From: Thecamonas trahens ATCC 50062
Lineage: Eukaryota; Protista; Apusomonadida
Length of the DNA stretch: 64,000 bases
Assembly: GCF_000142905.1 (NCBI RefSeq)
Contig: NW_013657625.1
Span: forward strand, 97,690-161,689
Reading direction: 5' to 3'
Shown here: in pieces, positions 57,174-64,000 of the stretch
Layout of the letters: each line of letters opens with the position of its first letter
Numbering within the stretch: the first letter of the stretch is position 1
Notes under the pieces: generated by a model
What the model was told of the DNA's origin: nothing
Database searches by the model: none
The model's input: the letters and a program-made list of their open reading frames with translations, nothing else
Translations under genes and position numbers: made by a program

Positions 57174-58819
57174 ATGGCAGCCTACGATGAGTACTCCAGT
57201 AGGTTGCCAAAGGGGGGGGGGGGGGCTACACAGAAGAACTGCTGGTCGGTGGAGGCTTCGTCTTGGAACACTCGCGAGCGGTCGCTTCGGGAATGGACGG
57301 CGAGGGGTTTTGGGGAGGAGGGGGAAGAGAGGCTGGGGGCAGGGAGAGGCAGGGATGCAGGGGGGCTGACAATGGTGTGGAGGATGGGTGGTATGGGGGA
57401 GTAGGTGAGGTGGAGTTTGAGTTTGAGCTGGAGTCGGACGACGACGGGATTGGAGTGGAGGACGACGATGAGGGCGAGTACGACGAGGCGCCCGAGGTGC
57501 TGGACGCGACCCAGCTGAGTGTAAGGCAGTGGACATTCATGGCCGAGGTGGGCAACCTGCTTGCGATCTCACAGCCGCTGGCCGGGCTGCTCCTGCATCA
57601 CTTTGGGTGGTCGAAAGAGCGACTTCGGGCGCGGTACTTTGAGAACACGGAGGAGGTGCTGGAGAAGGCCGGAGTCAAACTGGAGATGGTGGCCGGATAC
57701 AGTGTACCGGAGGAGTGCGAGATCTGCTGCGACGATGTAGATGCGTCGACGGTGTTTGCACCCAACTGTGGGCATGCCTTCTGCAAGGGGTGCTGGCAGG
57801 ACCATCTTGCGTCGCAGATTGCGCTCGGACCGAGCTGCCTCACGACGCGGTGCATGATGACCGACTGCCCTGTAGCGCTAGACTACGCAGACGTCAAGGC
57901 GTTGGCTGCCGGCGACGACTTTGCCAAGTACGAGAACATGTTTGTCAACTCATTTGTCGACGGCTCCAAGTCGCTGCGGTGGTGTGCAAACCCCACGTCG
58001 TGTGGACGGGCGATCTCGTACACCGGGCCGAAGGTGGGCAAGGTTGTCGAGTGCGGGTGTGGCTTTCTGATGTGCTTTTCGTGTGGCGCCGAGGGCCACG
58101 CGCCAGCCAAGTGTGCTATGGTTCGCGAGTGGAACCTCAAGGCGGCATCCGAGGCCGAGAACACGCGGTGGATCCTGTCTAACTCAAAGCCGTGTCCCAA
58201 GTGCGGGGTCTTTATCGAGAAGAACAAGGGCTGCATGCACATGACGTGCAAGGCGCCGGGGTGCACCCACGAGTGGTGTTGGCTCTGCCGCGGGCCGTGG
58301 ACAGAGCACGGGTCGGAGACCGGCGGGTACTACAAGTGCAATCGGTACGACGAGTCTGCCGCACGCGAGGATGACCTTCAGGCCGCAGCCATCAAGTCGT
58401 CGCACGACCGCTACCTGCACTACTTTAACCGATGGTACAACCACGGCAAGTCGAAGGAGTTTGCCTCGCAGTACGTTGTCGAGATCAAGTCGCGGATGGA
58501 GGAGTACCAGTCGACAACCGGCTGGTCGCCCGAGTTCCTCATGGAGGCTGCTGAGCTCGTCATGGAGTGCCGGCAGGTGCTCAAGTGGACCTATGTCCTC
58601 GCCTTTAACCTCGAGTCGGACTCGGAGCGCAACCTCTTTGAGTTTCTGCAGGAGGATCTCGAGAAGAACACCGAGCGGCTCAACTCGATGACCGAATCGC
58701 CTGTCGATGAGCTCGACCCATCGCAGCTCAAGAACTACACCCGAGTCACCCGCAACTTTCTGCACAAGCTCATTCAAGGCTGCGAGTCTGGACTCACCAT
58801 CGTTGCTGATGTGGAATGA
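57174..58819 (+). CDS. ARIH1: Ariadne-family RBR E3 ubiquitin ligase; exons 57174-57198 and 57405-58819
   Basis: Acidic N-terminus after splicing gtaggt...gctgac...gtag; RING1 CEICC..CGHAFCKGCW; IBR RWCANP..CFSC..H.PAKC; RING2 KPCPKC..IEKNKGCMHMTC..WCWLC; Ariadne domain RYLHYFNRWYNH, LKWTY, LFEFLQEDLE. Confidence 0.93.
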
Positions 58820-58942
58820 ACGAACAAGCGAGAGAGCACGCATAGTTTGGGAGCGGAACACAACGAGCTCGGCACAGCGGCCCTGGCCTACACTGCCTCT
58901 CGCACTCACACTCGACTCAGGCAACAACCTAACTTGGTGGCT

Positions 58943-60505
58943 ATGCTCCGACTTGGGATGCAGGTTGCGGCGGCGATGGGCGCAGGAGCGAGCAGAGGTG
59001 CGTGGGCAGCTGCGGCGCAGCGGGCTCGGCTGACGAGCGCAGCAGGGGCACGGTCGGCATCGGCGTCGGGCGAATACGACCTAGCGGTGCTGGGCGGCGG
59101 GTCGGGCGGACTGGCGACTGCGCGGCGGGCGGCAGAGCACGGGGCCCGGGTGGTACTGGCCGAGGGTGGGAGGCTCGGCGGGACGTGCGTCAACGTCGGG
59201 TGCGTGCCCAAGAAGGTGACGTGGGAGGCCGTGAACACGCTCGAGGCGGCCAACCACGATTTGGGGGCGTTTGGCGGATACTCTGGCCCGGACGATGCGC
59301 GAAGCCACGTTGAGGCCAAGATCCACTACCCTACGCTCAAGGCCCGCCGCGATGCGTACGTCGAGCGACTCAACGGGATCTACGCCTCGGCGCTTAAGAA
59401 CGCCGGCGGCAGCGGCGGCTCGATCGACATTCTGCGCGAGGACGCGCGCCTGTGGAAGGACAGCGATGGCCACGTGGCTGGCGTTGAAGGTAAGGAGACA
59501 GGCACCGTTGCCAGCGCGTCGTCGGTGGTCATCGCCACGGGCTCGACGCCGCTGTTTCCGGCGTCGGTGGCCGGCGCCGCCGAGCTGGGTTCGGACTCGG
59601 ACGCCTTTTTCACCTGGTCCAAGCCGCCGGCATCGGTGGCGGTTGTCGGCGGCGGGTACATTGCTGTCGAGCTAGCAGGCATGCTGGCGGCGCTCGGCTC
59701 TGAGACCACCATGCTTGTCCGCGGCCCGCAGGTGCTTCGCCACATCGACCCGCAGATCGCAGACGTGCTCCACTCCCAGCTCACCAGCGCAGGCGTCGAC
59801 CTCCGCCTCAACACCGGGGTCTCGGCAGTGACCAAAGGAAGCGACGGCCTGCTGGAGGTGGCCTCGCCCGATGCACAGCTCCCGCTCGGCATGTGGGACA
59901 AGGTTCTCTTTGCCACCGGGCGTGCGCCGCTGACACAGGGCCTCGGCCTCCGCGACGCAGGCATCGAGCTCAACGACGCCGGAGCCATTGTGGTTGATCC
60001 ACACCACCAGACCTCGATCCCGCACGTCTTCGCCATCGGCGACGTGGCTAACACGCCCGGCGACCTCACGCCGGTGGCGATCAAGGCCGGGCGGACGCTC
60101 GCGGAGTGGCTTTTCAACCCGGCGGCTGCCGGCGCGCCGCCCCTCGACTATGCCACCATCCCCACGGTCATGTTCACCCACCCGCCGATCGGCTCGGTTG
60201 GGCTCTCGGAGGCCGAGGCCGTGGCCAAGTTTGGCGCCGACGCCGTCAAGGTCTACTCGGCGTCGTTCACCAACCTCTTCTACGGCCTCCATGAGCCGGC
60301 AGACAAGCAGCCGACGTTGATGCGCATTGTAGTCAACACCGCCGACTCGGAGCGGGTCCTCGGCATCCACGGCATTGGGCGTGGCATGGACGAGATCATG
60401 CAGGGCTTTGGCGTCGCTGTCACCATGGGCGCCACCAAGGCCGATCTCGACGCCACCATCGCCATCCATCCCACAGCCGGCGAAGAACTGGTGACCATGC
60501 GGTGA
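58943..60505 (+). CDS. GSR: Glutathione reductase with N-terminal transit-like peptide
   Basis: GGGSGG, GGTCVNVGCVPKK, GGGYIAVE, LTPVAIKAGR, IPTVMFTHPP, IHPTAGEELVTMR. Confidence 0.93.
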   Translation: MLRLGMQVAAAMGAGASRGAWAAAAQRARLTSAAGARSASASGEYDLAVLGGGSGGLATARRAAEHGARVVLAEGGRLGGTCVNVGCVPKKVTWEAVNTLEAANHDLGAFGGYSGPDDARSHVEAKIHYPTLKARRDAYVERLNGIYASALKNAGGSGGSIDILREDARLWKDSDGHVAGVEGKETGTVASASSVVIATGSTPLFPASVAGAAELGSDSDAFFTWSKPPASVAVVGGGYIAVELAGMLAALGSETTMLVRGPQVLRHIDPQIADVLHSQLTSAGVDLRLNTGVSAVTKGSDGLLEVASPDAQLPLGMWDKVLFATGRAPLTQGLGLRDAGIELNDAGAIVVDPHHQTSIPHVFAIGDVANTPGDLTPVAIKAGRTLAEWLFNPAAAGAPPLDYATIPTVMFTHPPIGSVGLSEAEAVAKFGADAVKVYSASFTNLFYGLHEPADKQPTLMRIVVNTADSERVLGIHGIGRGMDEIMQGFGVAVTMGATKADLDATIAIHPTAGEELVTMR

Positions 60506-60690
60506 GGCGCGGTGGGTCGAGATAAAAGCGAGCAACAGTTCCCGAGGCCAGTGACAGGAGCAGCAGGCCGGGCGAGCTGGCCGAGTGCCGAGTGCCGAGG
60601 CGTCGGGCGAGCGCAGACTTTGTTGGCTAAACACCGAACATTGCACTCGCAACGAGGAAGAAGACCAGTGCCGGGCTTTGGGGGGAGGGC

Positions 60691-62084
60691 ATGCTGCGCC
60701 CGCTGCGTGTAGTCCAGGCTCTCGGCGTTGGCGTGCGTACGTCAGGAGAAAAGGGGGGGGGGGGGGGGGGGGAGGGGAGGGGGGGGTATTGACTCATGGG
60801 CGTGCGGACGACATGGCGACGTGGCGACATGGCTACGTGGCGGCGGCGTGGCGTGGCGGGACGGCGATGGACGGATCGGAGGGGGTAGGAGGCGTCAAGA
60901 CCAAGATCAACAGGAGGGCGGCTGAGCTGAGGGTGAAGCACAAGGGTTTGCTCATGCCTGAGCGGGTGTTTCTGGTCCGGCACGGCGAGTCTGAGGCCAA
61001 TCTGGACCGGACAGTGTACTTCGAGACGCCCGACAACGAGCACGCACTCTCGCTCCGTGGCTTCCAGCAGGCCAAGGCCGCCGGTGAGCTCATCTCGCGG
61101 TACGTGCCGCCGGGCGAGGACTTTATGATCTACCACTCGCCGTTTGAGCGCGCGCTGCAAACGTGCGCCGGCATCTACGCCGTCCTCGCCCAGACGCACG
61201 GCGAGGCAAATCTGCATGTGCGCGAGGATCCGCGTCTCCGCGAGCAAGAGTGGGGCAACTACCAGACGCCATCTGCGCTACAGGCCATCCAGGACGAGCG
61301 GGCCAACGTCGGCCGCTTCTACTACCGCTTCCCAACCGGCGAATCGGGGTGCGACGTCTTTGACCGCGTCTCATCCATGCTCAACACTTTTGTCCGCGAC
61401 GCATTCGGCACCAAGCGCAAGAACAATGTTGTCATCGTCTCACACGGTCTCACGCTCCGCCTCTTCCTCATGCGCTTCTTCCGCTGGAACGTCGACACCT
61501 TTGAGGCGCTGATGAACTTTGACAACGGCCAAGTGCTGCTCATGAAAAAGGCACCCCACCATGGGATGGAGATCATGGTCGATCCGCCGGTCGAAAACAT
61601 CTTTGAAGACCTGCTCATCAACACACCGCTCCCGCCAGGCGCCACGTCGTACAACAGCCTCTTTGAGAACGGGGAGTGGACGTCACTGCCGGTCATCCGC
61701 GACCTCGCCCGCTCGCTCTATGGCATGCCGCCCGACCGCTCCGGTCGCTCGCTCCTCGGTCACGCTGAGCCCGAGACCCATGGCGACTACGGCCCCGACA
61801 CCCTCGACATCGCGATGGAGGTCTCGCGCGAGCCCGATGACATGGCCGGCCCGCTCGGCCCGCTGCCCGAGACCGACGACCTCGACCGCGCGCCCACAGA
61901 GTTTGATGCCATCCATGATGCCATCCACCAGGATGTCAACGACTTTGACGCGCCGGCTTTCCCTCGCCGCAAGTCTCCCATCCGGACGAGGCAAGCAGCT
62001 CCAACCCGACGGCGACGGCCCATTCCACCAATCACAAACCCAAGCCCAAGCCCAAGCCCAAGCCGCCGCATACGTTTGCGGTAG
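60691..62084 (+). CDS. Histidine phosphatase / phosphoglycerate mutase-like protein (Det1-like); exons 60691-60736 and 60889-62084
   Basis: LVRHGESEAN, SPFERALQT, EDPRLREQEWGN, FYYRFPTGESG, VSHG. Splicing gtacgt...gtag yields the transit-like MLRPLRVVQALGVGVRGVKTK. Confidence 0.85.
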
Positions 62085-62193
62085 AGCACAAGTAAGAAGC
62101 GACGTCTCCGGACCGCGACAGCGTAGGAAAGTAATCAAAAGCATACTCACCAAGCTAGCGCGCTCTCGGAACAGGAGCCATGATCCACATCCG

Positions 62194-62916
62194 CTACAGC
62201 AGCCCGCACGCGCCGATGACGACGGGTGCCGTCGGGGCGCCAGTACTCGATCCTACGGCCTCGATGGCGTCAAGGACGTCTAGCCCGTCGACGACAGAGC
62301 CAAAGACGACATGTTTGCCATCGCACTGTGGCGCAGGTGCAAGAGTGAGGAAAAACTGCGAGGTGTTCGAGTTGCGGCCCGAGTTGGCCATAGAGACCAC
62401 GCCGCGGGCATCGTGCTTGCCCTTGAGCCCGGCCTTCTCGTCCTTGAACTTCTTTCCGTAGATCGACTCGCCACCCGAACCATCGCCGCGGACAAAGTCG
62501 CCGCCCTGCGCCACAAAGCCCGGGACAATGCGGTGGATGGGAGTGCCGGCGTACGACAGCGCTTTGCCCGAGGCCTTGGACACGCCCTTCTCGCCCGAGC
62601 AGAGCGCGGCAAAGTTGGCCACAGCCTTGGGCGCCACCTCGTCATGCAGCTCAATGACTAGCCGTCCTGCACACAGCGACGCCGGCGGCGTCGTCCGCAT
62701 CCGCCCCTGGCTGCTGTACTTTGGGTTGCTTGTGTACAGCTCAGCTGCCAGAGCAGCCTGCTCCTCATCAAGCGCAGCCAGCTCGGCGCCGAGCCCGTAC
62801 GCGCCGCCCTCGGCCGCCACAAACGCACACCCTCGCGCATACGCCGCGTTCTCCTCGCTCCATGCCGCAGCGTCGCCGATGTGGATGTCCATATACACCC
62901 GCGTCCGGCTTGCCAT
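62194..62916 (-). CDS. Cyclophilin-type PPIase with a ~55-aa insertion after the first strand
   Basis: RVYMDIHIG..GRLVIEL..PKAVANFAALC, HRIVPGFVAQGGD, GESIYG, SMANSG.NSNTSQFFLTL, DGKHVVFG. Confidence 0.9.
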   Translation of the reverse strand: MASRTRVYMDIHIGDAAAWSEENAAYARGCAFVAAEGGAYGLGAELAALDEEQAALAAELYTSNPKYSSQGRMRTTPPASLCAGRLVIELHDEVAPKAVANFAALCSGEKGVSKASGKALSYAGTPIHRIVPGFVAQGGDFVRGDGSGGESIYGKKFKDEKAGLKGKHDARGVVSMANSGRNSNTSQFFLTLAPAPQCDGKHVVFGSVVDGLDVLDAIEAVGSSTGAPTAPVVIGACGLL

Positions 62917-63013
62917 GGTCGACCACCGGCGGCACGAGTCGAGTGGCTCCGCTGCGCTCTCATTCATTACGCTCCGATTCATTACGCTCCGCTCGACTCG
63001 ATCTTGCGGCCCA

Positions 63014-64000
63014 TCAATCGTCGAGGAGGGGGTGAAAGCCGGTGGCGCGGGGCGGAAGCGATGCTTGCGGCGTAGCCGCCGCGGCGAGGCCAGATAGGCG
63101 GCGTACTGGCGGCCCAGATCGGCGCGGAGCTCCAGGCGGGCACATCGGCCGGCGGCGCGGGTGATGACGTGCAACTGGCTCAGCACCATGTCGCGGACAT
63201 CAAGCGGTGGCATGTCGTCTAAGCCTTCACGCTCGATAGCGGCTAGCACCTCAAAGACAACCTGCCGTCCGAGAGCAACCATGAACCCACAGTTCTGAGA
63301 TGCGCCCGACTGCTGCACAAAGTTGGAGACGCGGCGAAGGCCAAGATCCGCCCCATCGTCGACATTGCCGAGCACGCCAGTTCGCAGTAGGCCGGCAAGC
63401 GTGTCCTCGGCGGCGGTGTCGTTGAGGAAGTGGCCGTGCCCGGTCGGCAGCGAGTCGAGCGAGACAATGTCGATGACGCCGCTTGTTGTGTCCATCGTGC
63501 ACAGCAGCTGCGAATAGTGGCCGCCGTGGAGCCCAGTGACCGGGATCGAGACCAGGATGTGGCGCCAGAGCTCGCGCTCAACGAGCTCCTTGGCAGTGTC
63601 AGGCTCGTCAAGCGAGAGGAACGGAACAACGTCGTAGACGCCGAGCCAAGCAAACGGCGCGCGCTCGTCATCACCCACGGTCCACTCCTTCGGGCCAAGC
63701 TGGTGGGCGAGTCGCTGGCTCAGATACTCCATCCAGTCGACCTCGATTTGCTCCTCCTCTTCAAGCTGCTCCAGCGAGTCGCCCATCAGCGCGAGGTTGT
63801 ACATCTCCGACAAAGCCGCCAGGAACGCCCGCCGCGGCTGCTCATCGGCATCCAGCAGCTCGGCATACAGCTCTGCACCCGACGCCGACGATGACTCGAC
63901 CGCCACCACGTACGAACCGCTAGACTCGCTCTCCGCCGACCCCGATCTCACCAGCTCCGACTCGGACGTCCGCTCCGAGAACGATGGATAGGGTGAGGAC
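63014..64000 (-). CDS. Ulp1/SENP-like (clan CE) cysteine protease, N-terminus beyond the window; reads in frame into the cyclophilin as assembled
   Basis: Catalytic order His (GGHYSQL), Asp (SLDSL), oxyanion Gln and Cys (QQSGASQNCGFMV). The frame is open to the window end. Confidence 0.55.

Noticed and set aside
840-60505. Redox/arsenic cluster (ACR3, Trx, GR, NADP-IDH, PDIs)
   Set aside because: The genes are scattered over 60 kb among unrelated genes; there is no evidence of a functional cluster.

Overview
GC-rich, very gene-dense eukaryotic (protist) genomic DNA with about 27 protein-coding genes. Intergenic gaps are often under 100 bp, and one convergent pair overlaps at the stop codons. 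Introns are few, short (90-390 bp) GT-AG, and filled with poly-G/poly-C and (GT)n tracts; there is one 100-N scaffold gap. Composition and layout resemble an apusomonad such as Thecamonas, but that is my inference and is not shown by the sequence. Recognisable genes: ACR3 arsenite transporter, DsbA-like and TMX3-like thioredoxin-fold proteins, thioredoxin, STE11-type MAP3K, calcineurin-like phosphatase, RhoBTB, atypical Rho, bacterial-type NADP-IDH, PPIL4, FTO, CK2-like kinase, Ariadne RBR ligase, glutathione reductase, histidine phosphatase and cyclophilin. The most unusual items are: (1) a ~1940-aa SHOCT-vWA-unknown protein ending in a complete, divergent EF-1alpha-like GTPase; (2) a RhoBTB with a RING plus TRAF/Sina-type zinc finger inserted in its split first BTB; (3) a receptor-like bacterial-type metzincin with 8 disintegrin-like repeats, a TM helix and a cytoplasmic SH3; (4) a large coiled-coil gene interrupted by three exact, non-3n tandem duplications within 1 kb; (5) an FTO RNA demethylase and a cyanobacterial-style IDH in a non-animal eukaryote. 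Six or seven genes also carry same-direction one-base frameshifts at short homopolymers, most likely sequencing errors. No tRNA, rRNA, CRISPR array or transposon was recognised.
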